Shown in pieces: positions 44,620-54,460 of a stretch of 64,000 nt of DNA. The notes under the pieces were generated by a model. It had not been told where the DNA came from and made no database searches. It saw only the letters and a program-made list of their open reading frames with translations. The translations under genes and the position numbers were made by a program. The DNA comes from Eubacteriales bacterium (GTDB taxonomy: Bacteria > Bacillota > Clostridia > Oscillospirales > CAG-272), in NCBI GenBank assembly GCA_045661245.1, contig JAZRFH010000015.1, positions 1,833 to 65,832 on the forward strand. The letters are read 5' to 3'. Numbering within the stretch: position 1 is the stretch's first letter; each line of letters starts with the position of its first letter.

Positions 44620-45615
44620 ATGAAAAACGTTAAAGAAAACGATATAAACACCCAGGCAAAGCCTAAGATGGCGATATGCTATGATTTTGACCATACTTTA
44701 TCTCCTGACGATATGCAGACGTTCAGTCTTATTCCGTCCTTTGACATTGACCCCGGCGATTTTTGGCAAGGCTCGGATAATCTTGCAAAAGAGAACCTTA
44801 TGGATAAAAACCTCGCCTGGATGTATGAGCTTATCAAGTACTCCAAGTTCAAGGGCAGGTCGCTCTCGCGTGATTATTTTAGAAGTGTAGGTAAAGAGGT
44901 GCCGCTTTACAAGGGTGTTGAGGAGTGGTTTACCTTCGTTAACGAGTATGCGGCGGCACAGGGCATTGAGGTAGAGCATTATATAATTTCTTCGGGTCTT
45001 AAGGAAATCATTGAGGGCAACCCCATTGCAAAATATATTAAGCGCATTTATGCGTCGACCTTCCTTTATTCGCCCGACGGTATTGCCGAGTGGCCCGCAC
45101 AGTCGGTAAACTATACAAATAAAACTCAGTTCATATTCAGAATAGCAAAGGGCTTGCTTGAAGAGCATGACGAGAGGGTTAATGACAATATGCCGCACTC
45201 CAAGTACCCGATACCCTATGAGAATATCGTTTATATAGGTGACAGCTCAACCGACATTCCCTGTATGACTCTCGTTAAGAGTAAGGGTGGCTATTCCATC
45301 GGTGTGTTCGACCCCGTGTCGAAAAATAAGAAGAAGGTTTACCAGCTTTTCAACGACGAGCGCATAAATTATTATGCTCCTGCCAGATATTCAAAGGATG
45401 CGCCCATAGCAACCTACATCCGTCAGATAATTGACGAGGTGGCAATGCGTGAGCGCCACAGAGCAAAGGTAAACGAGCTTAAGGCACCTGCAGAGGCATA
45501 TAAGCGCCGCATCACCGTTGGCCGCGCCTTTACAGACCTTGATATAGAAATGACAGACGAGGAGCGAGAAACAGCACAAAAGCTTTTTGGATATTTTGAG
45601 GAGCTTGTCGACTGA
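44620..45615 (+). CDS. HAD-superfamily hydrolase (subfamily IB-like) with C-terminal helical extension
   Basis: Motif I variant CYDFDHTL, motif IV YIGDSSTDIPCM. GGAGG RBS before ATG 44620. Track start 44578 rejected. Confidence 0.6.
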   Translation: MKNVKENDINTQAKPKMAICYDFDHTLSPDDMQTFSLIPSFDIDPGDFWQGSDNLAKENLMDKNLAWMYELIKYSKFKGRSLSRDYFRSVGKEVPLYKGVEEWFTFVNEYAAAQGIEVEHYIISSGLKEIIEGNPIAKYIKRIYASTFLYSPDGIAEWPAQSVNYTNKTQFIFRIAKGLLEEHDERVNDNMPHSKYPIPYENIVYIGDSSTDIPCMTLVKSKGGYSIGVFDPVSKNKKKVYQLFNDERINYYAPARYSKDAPIATYIRQIIDEVAMRERHRAKVNELKAPAEAYKRRITVGRAFTDLDIEMTDEERETAQKLFGYFEELVD

Positions 45616-45637
45616 TATCGCCCCGTGTAAAAATAAA

Positions 45638-45679
45638 AGAGTGGGTTTACAGCCAAAAACTGTTTACTCACTCTTTTTC
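45638..45679. terminator. Imperfect bidirectional terminator hairpin
   Basis: AGAGTGGGTTTACAG / CTGTTTACTCACTCT arms with a T.T bubble. TTTTTCT is downstream and an A-rich run upstream. Confidence 0.55.
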
Positions 45680-45685
45680 TATGCT

Positions 45686-46852
45686 TTAAATATTCTTTAA
45701 CGTTTCCATAACGTAGCTTGCAAACTCCTCGCAGGTAGCACCCGTATCTCTGCCTGTTATGGCAAGGCGCTTTTCCTCAAACGAGCAGATGTCGAGTGCG
45801 CGCTCGAGTCTGTCGGCCTCGGCCTGATAACCGATGTGCGAGAGAAGCATTACCGATGCACGGAGCATAGAGCAGGGGTCTGCATATTTTGCGCGTCCCT
45901 CAGCCACCATTCTCGGTGCCGAGCCGTGAATAGCCTCGAACATAGCGTATTTTTTACCGATGTTAGCACAACCGGCAGTGCCTACACCGCCCTGGAACTC
46001 AGCTGCCTCGTCGGAGATAATGTCACCGTAAAGATTGGGTAAAAGCAACACCTGAAAATCGCGGCGGCGCTTTGTATCAACAAGCTTTGCGGTCATAATA
46101 TCCGCATACCACTCGTCTGTTGTAATCTCGGGGTAAAGGTCTGCAACCTTGTGGCAATCCTCAAGGAAGTTGCCGTCGGTGGTTTTGATAATATTTGCCT
46201 TTGTTACAAGAGAAACGCGCTTAAGTCCGTTCTTTCTTGCATAATCGTATGCAAGGCGTGCTATCCTGTCAGAGCCCTGCTTGGTCGTAATCGTAAAGTC
46301 AACCGCAAGGTCCTCTGTAACGTTAAATCCTTGCGAGCCTACCGCATATCCACCCTCTGTGTTTTCACGGAAGATGGTCCAGTTTATGCCCTCTTGCGGT
46401 ACCTTAACGGGTCTGATGTTTGCAAAAAGGTCAAGGGCCTTACGCATAGCAACGTTTGCAGACTCTATATTGGGCATACCCGAGCCCTTTTGCGGCGTAG
46501 TTGTCGGTCCCTTTAAAATAATGTGGCAGCTCTTAAGCTGTGCCATAACGTCGTCGGGAATTGCCTTGCCTACGGCAATTCTGTTTTCAATGGTAAGACC
46601 GTCTATATCAACAAACTCAATCTTACCCTTTGCTACCTCGCCTGCAAGTAAGAACTCAAGCACGCGGCGCGCTTCCTTAGTAATTGTCGGGCCTATGCCG
46701 TCACCGCCGCAAACGCCTATTTTGATTGTCTTGAGTGCTGAATAATCAACAAAATCTCCCTGCGCCTTCATATCCTCAACGCGGGCAAGCTGACCCTCCA
46801 AAACCTTTTTGAATTTTTCAAGGGCAAGCTCCATAAAATCCTTTTCTGCCAT
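45686..46852 (-). CDS. icd: Isocitrate dehydrogenase (isocitrate/isopropylmalate dehydrogenase family)
   Basis: Beta-decarboxylating dehydrogenase motifs (GDGIGPTIT, NLYGDIISDEAA, GSAPRM). Context with aconitase and Re-citrate synthase. The second ATG (46852) has better RBS spacing than 46858. Confidence 0.8.
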   Translation of the reverse strand: MAEKDFMELALEKFKKVLEGQLARVEDMKAQGDFVDYSALKTIKIGVCGGDGIGPTITKEARRVLEFLLAGEVAKGKIEFVDIDGLTIENRIAVGKAIPDDVMAQLKSCHIILKGPTTTPQKGSGMPNIESANVAMRKALDLFANIRPVKVPQEGINWTIFRENTEGGYAVGSQGFNVTEDLAVDFTITTKQGSDRIARLAYDYARKNGLKRVSLVTKANIIKTTDGNFLEDCHKVADLYPEITTDEWYADIMTAKLVDTKRRRDFQVLLLPNLYGDIISDEAAEFQGGVGTAGCANIGKKYAMFEAIHGSAPRMVAEGRAKYADPCSMLRASVMLLSHIGYQAEADRLERALDICSFEEKRLAITGRDTGATCEEFASYVMETLKNI

Positions 46853-46866
46853 TTTCATATCCTCTT

Positions 46867-48789
46867 TTAATTTTCTTTCGTGTAATTTAACAGACCGCCT
46901 GCGAGCAGTATTTTTCTCTGTCTTTCGGTAAGCGAGAGCACAAGCTCTATCTTATCGTTTCCGACCTCAAGTGTTACGGTGTCACCGCCTGCGATGGCTG
47001 CTTTGAAATCGGGCAGGCAAACCTTGTCAAGCAGGGCAAGCTTATCGTAATCCTCGGGGTTTTTGAAAGTCATAGGTACAATTCCGAAATTGATAAGGTT
47101 TGCAAGATGTATACGCGCAAAGCTCTTAGCGACAACCGCCTTAACACCGAGATAAAGGGGTACAAGCGCCGCATGCTCACGTGAAGAGCCCTGGCCGTAG
47201 TTTGAGCCGCCGATTATTATTCCGCCGCTCATTTTCTTTGCTCTTTCTGGGAACTCGGGGTCTGATACGGTAAAGCAGAACTCGGAGAGCTTCGGTACGT
47301 TGGAGCGGTAGGGAAGTATCTTTGCTCCTGCAGGCATTATATGGTCGGTTGTAATGTTGTCGCCAACCTTTAGTATGATAGAAGTGCTAAGGCTTTCCAC
47401 AGGCGCTTCACCCTTGGGAATGGGCTTGATGTTAGGTCCGCGCTCAACCGAAAGAGCCTTTGCGTCCTCTGCATCAGCGGGCAATTCAATCATATTATCG
47501 TTAATCTTAAACGAGTCGGGAAGTGAAATTTTTGGGGCATTGCCAAGCGTTGTCGGGTCGGTAAGCACGCCGGTTATTGCACTTGCCGCCGCGAGCTCGG
47601 GAGATACGAGGTAAACCTCTGCGTCCTTGGTGCCCGAGCGACCGAGGAAATTACGGTTAAAGGTTCTGAGGCTCACACCCTCGGATTTAGGAGAAAATCC
47701 CATGCCGATACAGGGACCGCACGCACATTCAAGAATTCTTGCACCTGCAGAAATCAGGTCTGCCATAGCTCCGCACTCTGCAAGCATCGTGTAAACCTGC
47801 TTTGAGCCGGGGGAGATTGAGAGAGATACGTCGGGGTGCACGGTCTTGCCCTTAAGTATTGCGGCAACCGAGAGAAGGTCGCGCAGGGAGGAGTTTGTGC
47901 ATGAGCCTATACAAACCTGGCTAACCTTCATTCCTGCAAGCTCGGCAGCACTCTTTACGTTGTCAGGGCTGTGAGGACAAGCCACACGCGGAGTGAGAAG
48001 AGAAAGGTCTATCTCGTACACCTCGTCGAATACTGCATCGTCGTCCGAGTATAGGGGCGTGTAATATTCTTCGCGTCCCTCAGCGCGTAAAAACGCACGG
48101 GTAATCTCGTCAGAGGGGAACACTGACGTCGTAGCTCCAAGCTCCGCGCCCATGTTTGTAATGGTTGCTCGCTCAGGTACGGAAAGTGTTTTTACACCCT
48201 CGCCGCCGTACTCAACTATAGCACCGACGCCGCCCTTAACTCCGAGTATACGCAATACTTCAAGTATTACGTCCTTTGACGATACGTAGTCGGAGAGCTT
48301 GCCTGTAAGGTTAACTCTAATCATTCTCGGCATTGTTAGGTAATAGGTTCCGCCGCCCATAGCTACCGCAACGTCAAGACCGCCGGCTCCCATTCCGAGC
48401 ATACCTATACCGCCCGCTGTAGGTGTATGGCTGTCGGAGCCGATAAGTGTTTTTCCGGGAATACCGAAGCGTTCAAGGTGCACCTGGTGGCATATACCGT
48501 TGCCCGGGCGAGAGTAGCGCAGGCCGTGCTTTTTAGCTACCGTCTGTATGTATCTGTGGTCGTCGGCATTTTCAAAGCCGCACTGCAGGGTATTGTGGTC
48601 GATATAAGCTACAGAGAGCTCGGTTTTTACTCTTTCAATGCCCATAGCTTCAAGCTGCAGGTAAGCCATCGTTCCCGTAGCGTCCTGTGTCAGGGTCTGG
48701 TCAATTCGAATGCCAATCTCCTGTCCTCTTACAAGCTCACCCTCAACAAGGTGGGCTTTTATAATTTTTTCTGCTATTGTGTAACCCAT
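46867..48789 (-). CDS. Aconitate hydratase (single-chain, ~640 aa clostridial type)
   Basis: Fe-S ligand regions IGSDSHTPTAGG, CIGSCTN, CGPCIGMG. Fused swivel domain GGSNYGQGSSREHAA. Confidence 0.88.
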   Translation of the reverse strand: MGYTIAEKIIKAHLVEGELVRGQEIGIRIDQTLTQDATGTMAYLQLEAMGIERVKTELSVAYIDHNTLQCGFENADDHRYIQTVAKKHGLRYSRPGNGICHQVHLERFGIPGKTLIGSDSHTPTAGGIGMLGMGAGGLDVAVAMGGGTYYLTMPRMIRVNLTGKLSDYVSSKDVILEVLRILGVKGGVGAIVEYGGEGVKTLSVPERATITNMGAELGATTSVFPSDEITRAFLRAEGREEYYTPLYSDDDAVFDEVYEIDLSLLTPRVACPHSPDNVKSAAELAGMKVSQVCIGSCTNSSLRDLLSVAAILKGKTVHPDVSLSISPGSKQVYTMLAECGAMADLISAGARILECACGPCIGMGFSPKSEGVSLRTFNRNFLGRSGTKDAEVYLVSPELAAASAITGVLTDPTTLGNAPKISLPDSFKINDNMIELPADAEDAKALSVERGPNIKPIPKGEAPVESLSTSIILKVGDNITTDHIMPAGAKILPYRSNVPKLSEFCFTVSDPEFPERAKKMSGGIIIGGSNYGQGSSREHAALVPLYLGVKAVVAKSFARIHLANLINFGIVPMTFKNPEDYDKLALLDKVCLPDFKAAIAGGDTVTLEVGNDKIELVLSLTERQRKILLAGGLLNYTKEN

Positions 48790-48792
48790 AGT

Positions 48793-49449
48793 TTACATTT
48801 CCTTTATTGTTTTTGCTAAGTTTTCAAGTGCGCGCTCTATGTGGCGCGACGTGAGCTCGTCTGCAAGCTTTCCGTTGCCTTCAAGTATTGCACTCAGTAT
48901 TTCACGGTGCTCAGCAACAGAGCTCTCAAGCCTGCCCGGAACACCCAGCGAGATTTTTCTGTATCTCGTAATATTTCTGTGCAGCTCCGAAAGTATACGG
49001 CAGAGCATTCTGTTGCCCGATGCCTTGTATATCATACTGTGAAACTGTGTATCAATTTCACGCAGACGGTCGGTGTCTTTTTTACTGAGATAATACTCGG
49101 ATAGTTCAACAAATTCCTTAAGTCTTTCCTTTTCTTCGTCACTCATTCTTTCGGTGGCGAGCAGAGAGGATAGGCCTTCGAGCCGAGTTCTGATTTTGTA
49201 CGTATCAATAAGGTCTTGGGTGCTTATACCGATAATGGTTGCGCCCTTGTTAGTCGTAATCTCAACAAGCCCCTCTTCTGCGAGTCTGCGCAGTGCTGAG
49301 CGCACGGGTGTACGGCTGACACCGAGCATACCTGCCAGCTCACATTCGGTAACTACGCGCCCTTTTGGCAGGCTGCTTGAAAGTATGTCCTCTTCAAGCC
49401 TTGCATACACCTGCTCCTCAAGTGACAGAGCTTTACCCTCAACTATCAT
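48793..49449 (-). CDS. GntR-family transcriptional regulator (FadR/FCD subfamily)
   Basis: N-terminal wHTH (ECELAGMLGVSRTPVRSALRRLAEEGLV) and all-helical FCD-like C-terminal domain. ATGA overlap with the upstream synthase gene. Confidence 0.88.
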   Translation of the reverse strand: MIVEGKALSLEEQVYARLEEDILSSSLPKGRVVTECELAGMLGVSRTPVRSALRRLAEEGLVEITTNKGATIIGISTQDLIDTYKIRTRLEGLSSLLATERMSDEEKERLKEFVELSEYYLSKKDTDRLREIDTQFHSMIYKASGNRMLCRILSELHRNITRYRKISLGVPGRLESSVAEHREILSAILEGNGKLADELTSRHIERALENLAKTIKEM

Positions 49450-50825
49450 TTTGCTGCTCCTATGTCACCGCCCGAAAGCGAGTCTATTATCTCAAAGAGC
49501 TCGTCGTCGCCCATAAGCGTCGTTCTTCCGTCGGCATAAAGCTTATCGATAGCTTCCTTGACCTTGATTACTATCGCATCGGCCTTTGTTACGGCTCTGA
49601 ATTCGGGTAAATTGTAATGCTTGTTTATCCAGTATGCAATACCCGCAAGTCCCGAGGTGTTCGAAATAGCTACCTCGGCAGGGCGGTTGAGTATAGTGTC
49701 CGTGTCAAAAATATTGTATATCTCCGCATCCTCCATAAGTCCGTCGGCGTGTATGCCTGCACGGGTAACGTTAAAGTTATCACCTACAAAGGGTGTCATG
49801 GGCGGTATGGTGTAACCAAGCTCGCGCTTAAAGTAGTCGGCAATTTCAGAAATAACCGTCGGGTCCATTCCGTCAAAGGTGCCGCGCATTGACGCGTATT
49901 CAATTACCATTGCCTCAAGCGGAATATTTCCCGTTCTCTCGCCTATGCCAAGCAGTGAGCAGTTTACTGCAGATGCACCGTACAGCCAAGCGTTTACCGC
50001 ATTGTCAACACCCTTGTAGAAGTCGTTGTGACCGTGCCATTCAAGCATTTCCGAGGGCACGTCTGCATAGTGGTGCAGGCCGTAAACAATACCGGGTACA
50101 CTACGCGGCAGAGCAACACCCGGGTATGAAACACCGTAGCCCATAGTATCACACATACGAATTTTTACAGGTATTCCCGCCTCGTGAGAGAGCTCGTTTA
50201 TCTCGTTTACAAACGGAACGACAAAGCCGTAAAAATCGGCACGGGTTATATCTTCAAGGTGGCAGCGAGGCCGGATTCCGGCTTCAATAGCAGTTTTAAT
50301 GACGCCCAGATAATGGTCAAGCGCCTCTTTTCTCGATATTCCAAGCTTTTTAAAAATATGGTAATCGGAGCAGGATACGAGAATACCGGTTTCCTTAATT
50401 CCTATACTGCGAACAAGCTCGAAATCCTCTTTCTTTGCACGTATCCAAGTAGTTACCTCGGGAAATTCAAGGCCAAGGTCCATACACCTCTCGCAAGCCT
50501 CGCGGTCCTTCTTGGTGTATACGAAAAACTCACTCTGTCTGATAAGACCCTTAGGTCCGCCAAGACGGTTAAGCATTTTGTACATATCCACAATCTGGTC
50601 GGCGGTGTAGGGTGCGCGTGATTGTTGTCCGTCGCGGAAGGTGGTATCGGTTATCCATATCTCATCGGGCATATCCAGAGGCACGCGGCGGTGGTTAAAC
50701 GCAATCTTCGGTATTTCGGTATAAGGATAAATATCACGGTAAAGATTAGGCTCGTCAACGTCCTGCAGTGAGTATCTGTACTGATGCTGCTCAAGCAGAT
50801 TGGAATGCTTGTTTTTGATAATCAT
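49446..50825 (-). CDS. Re-citrate synthase (homocitrate/2-isopropylmalate synthase family, DRE-TIM)
   Basis: WITDTTFRDGQQS, HGHNDF, and an extended N-terminus as in clostridial Re-face citrate synthases. Clustered with aconitase and IDH rather than leu or nif genes. Confidence 0.75.
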   Translation of the reverse strand: MIIKNKHSNLLEQHQYRYSLQDVDEPNLYRDIYPYTEIPKIAFNHRRVPLDMPDEIWITDTTFRDGQQSRAPYTADQIVDMYKMLNRLGGPKGLIRQSEFFVYTKKDREACERCMDLGLEFPEVTTWIRAKKEDFELVRSIGIKETGILVSCSDYHIFKKLGISRKEALDHYLGVIKTAIEAGIRPRCHLEDITRADFYGFVVPFVNEINELSHEAGIPVKIRMCDTMGYGVSYPGVALPRSVPGIVYGLHHYADVPSEMLEWHGHNDFYKGVDNAVNAWLYGASAVNCSLLGIGERTGNIPLEAMVIEYASMRGTFDGMDPTVISEIADYFKRELGYTIPPMTPFVGDNFNVTRAGIHADGLMEDAEIYNIFDTDTILNRPAEVAISNTSGLAGIAYWINKHYNLPEFRAVTKADAIVIKVKEAIDKLYADGRTTLMGDDELFEIIDSLSGGDIGAAK

Positions 50826-50871
50826 ACGTAGTCCTTTCTGTTTCCAAAAGGGCTTTTAGCTCCCTGAAACA

Positions 50872-50889
50872 TTGTATACAAGTATACAA
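50872..50889. promoter_or_regulatory. Candidate GntR operator palindrome
   Basis: TTGTATAC-AA-GTATACAA (8+2+8 inverted repeat). Contains the self-complementary TTGTATACAA, which fits the GntR-type TnGT..ACnA pattern. It sits ~18-35 nt downstream of the -10 box of the operon promoter. Confidence 0.6.
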
Positions 50890-50906
50890 TTTAAATTTAT
50901 GACAGA

Positions 50907-50935
50907 ATTATAGCATAGAGCCCGTGGGTTGTCAA
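50907..50935 (-). promoter_or_regulatory. Consensus sigma-A promoter of the citrate synthase-gntR-acn-icd operon
   Basis: Minus strand: TTGACA (50930-50935), 17-nt spacer, TATAAT (50907-50912). Confidence 0.8.
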
Positions 50936-51003
50936 GAGAAAAAACGGCAAAAATAAACACATTTTCTGATTATGTCTATTTTGAATAAAAAATAAATTAA
51001 AAC

Positions 51004-51032
51004 TTGACTTTTTTACATTAAAGTTATATAAT
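51004..51032 (+). promoter_or_regulatory. Sigma-A promoter of the polysaccharide locus
   Basis: TTGACT (51004-51009), 17-nt spacer, TATAAT (51027-51032). About a 100-nt leader before the first gene. Confidence 0.75.
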
Positions 51033-51136
51033 AAGTAAAGTATGTATTTTAAATATATGGCGCGTATATTTATATAGAGCAGAATAGGGTAGCGATTAAG
51101 GCTCTAAGCTGTTAGTAAGTTTTTAAGAGGTGACTT

Positions 51137-51835
51137 ATGTATTCAAAAATATTCAAAAGATTTTTTGACATAGTGCTTTCATTTTCAGCGCTGTGCGCAC
51201 TCTCGCCGTTGCTTATTATTCTGACCTTGATTGGTTGGATAGTAATGCGCGGTAATCCGTTCTTTTGCCAGCTGCGCCCCGGTAAGGTAGACAGTAGGAC
51301 AGGCAGAGAAAAAATATTCAAGCTGATTAAATTCAGAACTATGACAAACGCCAAGGACAAAGAGGGCAACCTTCTGCCGGACGAAAAAAGACTTGTTAAG
51401 TACGGCAAAATTCTCAGGAGCACATCACTTGACGAGCTACCGGAGCTTATAAACATACTGAAGGGTGATATGTCAATAGTAGGTCCTCGTCCGCAGCTGG
51501 TGCGCGACATGGTGTTTATGAGTGACGGACAGCGCCGTCGTCACAGTGTGCGTCCAGGCCTTACAGGCCTTGCTCAGGTAAGTGGCAGAAACAATATCAC
51601 CTGGGAGCAAAAGTTTACATACGACCTTGAATACATAGACAAGGGCATTACGCTTTTTAGCGACATAAAAATCATATTTATGACAGCACTTAAGGTGCTC
51701 CGCCGCTCGGATACGGTACGCGAGGGAACGGTTTCGGATTTGGATTTTGGAGATTGGCTAGTTGAGCAAGGAAAAATTGACAAAGCTGAGTACGAAGAAA
51801 AACGCAAACAAGAGCGTGAACTTATAAATGTGTAA
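51137..51835 (+). CDS. Initiating sugar-phosphate transferase (small monotopic PglC/WbaP-C-terminal type)
   Basis: 232 aa. One N-terminal re-entrant helix, then the bacterial sugar transferase core (KFRTM .. DELPQL-like DELPELINILKGDMSIVGPRP .. RPGLTGLAQV). AAGAGG RBS. Confidence 0.88.
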   Translation: MYSKIFKRFFDIVLSFSALCALSPLLIILTLIGWIVMRGNPFFCQLRPGKVDSRTGREKIFKLIKFRTMTNAKDKEGNLLPDEKRLVKYGKILRSTSLDELPELINILKGDMSIVGPRPQLVRDMVFMSDGQRRRHSVRPGLTGLAQVSGRNNITWEQKFTYDLEYIDKGITLFSDIKIIFMTALKVLRRSDTVREGTVSDLDFGDWLVEQGKIDKAEYEEKRKQERELINV

Positions 51836-51962
51836 TTTCATTAGTGCAAGGTCTTTGTAAAGCATCAGCTGAATTAGCAAAAAGCGGCCTGATAATTCTA
51901 TCTGACTAAAACAAATTGAGCAATAACATTACAAAAAATAAAGGAATGGGTAAGTACAAAGA

Positions 51963-53228
51963 ATGAACATTTGGTATTTTCATCATTACGGAACTCCATA
52001 TGAAATTCCTGGAATGCACAGACCCTTTGAGTTTTCCGGAGAGTTCAATAAGAAAGGCAATAAAACTGCTGTTTTTGCATCTTCATATTTGCATTACGGC
52101 GGATGGAATATGATAAATGACAAAACCAAAATATTAAAAACAGAATATGACGGTGTTGATACGGTATTCATTAAGACATGCGGATACGAAAATAAGTTAA
52201 AGCGTGTTATGAATATGGTACAGTATTGGAGAAAACTGTTTGGGGTGTCCAAGTGGTTTGCAAAAAAATACTGGAAGCCTGATATCATAATTGCATCAAG
52301 TCCCCATCCGTTAACTATGTTAGCGGGAATAAAGATTGCCAAAAAGCTTAAAGTGCCTTGTGTATGTGAGGTTCGCGATTTTTGGCCTGAGGTATTCTTT
52401 TACGGAAATCTGATAAAAGAAAAAGGTTTGATAGGACGTATTCTTTTGTGGGGAGAGCGCCGCATATACGAAAAAGCTGACAGATTGCTTTTCCTTAAAG
52501 AGGGCGACCATACATATATTACTGAACGTAAATGGGACATTGATAACGGCGGTAAGGTTGATATGTCCAAGTGTTCGTACGTTAACAACGGTGTTGATAT
52601 AGAGCTGTTTGATAAGCGTATTCTGGAATCCGATTATGAAGATGAGGATTTAAATTCAGGCAAATTTAATGTAGTATATTGTGGAACTATAAGACCGGTA
52701 AACAATATCGGCATGCTCCTAGACGTTGCAAAGCTAGTTCCTGACGTTAACTTTTTGATTTACGGTACCGGCAACTGTGTTGACGATTTGAAGGCCAGAA
52801 TACAAAATGAGAAAATAAAAAATGTTACGTTAAAGGGATATGTAGATAACAAATACGTTCCTGCTGTTCTCTCAAAGTCTTCGTTGAACATACTGAATTA
52901 TTCGGGTACAGCATATAACTGGTCCAGAGGAAACAGCTCTAACAAGCTGTTTGAGTATTTAGCTAGCGGAAAGCCTGTTTTATCAACTGTAAAAATGGGA
53001 TATGATATCATCGAAAAATATTCTTGCGGATATTCGGTCGAGGAGTGTACGCCTGAAAATATAGCTGATGCAATAAAGCGAATTAAAACACTTCCTGAAG
53101 CTGATTATAAGCAAATGTGTGAAAATGCACGTATTGCTGCGGCTGATTTTGATATACCGATTTTGGCGAATGAATATATGAAAATACTTGAAGATACAAA
53201 AAACAATTATAGAGGTGAAAAGAAATGA
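51963..53228 (+). CDS. Glycosyltransferase family 4 (WbuB-like)
   Basis: 421 aa GT-B. The N-terminus NIWYFHHYGTPYEIPGMHRPFEF is typical of WbuB-like enzymes. C-terminal sugar-nucleotide binding region (NKLFEYLASGKPVL). Confidence 0.75.
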   Translation: MNIWYFHHYGTPYEIPGMHRPFEFSGEFNKKGNKTAVFASSYLHYGGWNMINDKTKILKTEYDGVDTVFIKTCGYENKLKRVMNMVQYWRKLFGVSKWFAKKYWKPDIIIASSPHPLTMLAGIKIAKKLKVPCVCEVRDFWPEVFFYGNLIKEKGLIGRILLWGERRIYEKADRLLFLKEGDHTYITERKWDIDNGGKVDMSKCSYVNNGVDIELFDKRILESDYEDEDLNSGKFNVVYCGTIRPVNNIGMLLDVAKLVPDVNFLIYGTGNCVDDLKARIQNEKIKNVTLKGYVDNKYVPAVLSKSSLNILNYSGTAYNWSRGNSSNKLFEYLASGKPVLSTVKMGYDIIEKYSCGYSVEECTPENIADAIKRIKTLPEADYKQMCENARIAAADFDIPILANEYMKILEDTKNNYRGEKK

Positions 53229-54445
53229 TTAACGTTATTGGACTTGGATATATTGGACTTCCTACAGCGCTTATGCTTGCATCTCACGGAGTTGATGTTG
53301 TAGGTACTGATTATAACGCAGAATTGGTTTCTACGTTGAATGCTGGTAAAACTACTTTTGAAGAAAAAGGTCTTGACGAGCTGTTTGCTGATGCGCTCAA
53401 GGGGGGCATCAAATTTACAACCGAGTATCAGGTAACCGACATGTATATAGTATCCGTGCCAACTCCTTACGATAAGTTCTCGAAAAAAATAGATGCCTGC
53501 TACGTTAATGCCGCAATTAAGCAGGTAATGTCGGTTTGCCCAAAGGGTGCTACCGTTGTAATCGAATCTACAGTTTCACCCGGAACTATAGATAAGTTTG
53601 TTCGCCCTGTTATTGAGCAAAACGGATTTGTTATTGGTGAGGATATCAACCTTGTTCATGCTCCCGAAAGAATTATTCCTGGCAATATGGTATACGAATT
53701 ACTCCATAACAACCGTACAATAGGAGCAGACAATAAAGAGATAGGCGAAAAGGTAAAGAGTATATACGCTTCATTTTGCCAGGGAGAGATAGTTATTACA
53801 GACATAAAAACGGCAGAGATGACCAAGGTTGTAGAAAATACGTTCAGAGCGGTTAACATAGCATTTGCAAACGAGCTTGCAAAAATCTGCCGTCATGACG
53901 ATATGGACGTATATGAAATAATCAAGATTTGCAATATGCATCCAAGAGTTAATATTCTTCAGCCCGGCCCCGGTGTCGGCGGTCACTGCATATCTGTCGA
54001 CCCTTGGTTTCTTGTAGGTGATTATCCTGCCCTTACCAAGGTGATTTGGGATTCAATGAAGGTTAATGACTCTATGCCCGAATTTGTTCTTGAGAGAATT
54101 CACACTATAATGAAAGAAAAGGGTATGACAGATATCGGACGTGTAGGCTTGTACGGGCTTACGTATAAAGAAAACGTTGACGACTATAGAGAGTCGCCGA
54201 CTCTGCAGCTTCTTGAAAACCAGGAACGCCACTTGGCAGAGCCGCTTAAGGTGTATGACCCATATATCACAAAGGATATAGTTTCCAACCAATACCACAG
54301 CCTTGAAGATTTCCTTAGAGATGTAGACTTGGTTGTAATCATGGTAAAGCATGACGAAATTAAAGAAAACATGAACAAATTGGCAGACAAAGTGATTTTG
54401 GATTGCCACAATATATGTAATATTCCCGGCGCCTATCACATTTAA
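53225..54445 (+). CDS. wecC: UDP-N-acetyl-D-mannosamine dehydrogenase
   Basis: N-terminal Rossmann INVIGLGYIGLPTALMLA, catalytic GGHCISVDP, UDP-sugar dehydrogenase C-terminal domain. Adjacent to the 2-epimerase gene. Confidence 0.88.
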   Translation: MINVIGLGYIGLPTALMLASHGVDVVGTDYNAELVSTLNAGKTTFEEKGLDELFADALKGGIKFTTEYQVTDMYIVSVPTPYDKFSKKIDACYVNAAIKQVMSVCPKGATVVIESTVSPGTIDKFVRPVIEQNGFVIGEDINLVHAPERIIPGNMVYELLHNNRTIGADNKEIGEKVKSIYASFCQGEIVITDIKTAEMTKVVENTFRAVNIAFANELAKICRHDDMDVYEIIKICNMHPRVNILQPGPGVGGHCISVDPWFLVGDYPALTKVIWDSMKVNDSMPEFVLERIHTIMKEKGMTDIGRVGLYGLTYKENVDDYRESPTLQLLENQERHLAEPLKVYDPYITKDIVSNQYHSLEDFLRDVDLVVIMVKHDEIKENMNKLADKVILDCHNICNIPGAYHI

Positions 54446-54460
54446 TGGAGGCTTGATTAA

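Noticed and set aside
51086-51093. ops/JUMPstart-like GGGTAGCG in the leader of the polysaccharide locus (NusG-paralogue antitermination site)
   Set aside because: Only the GGTAGCG core matches the proteobacterial ops element. No RfaH/LoaP-like gene is in the window, and a 7-mer match is expected by chance.
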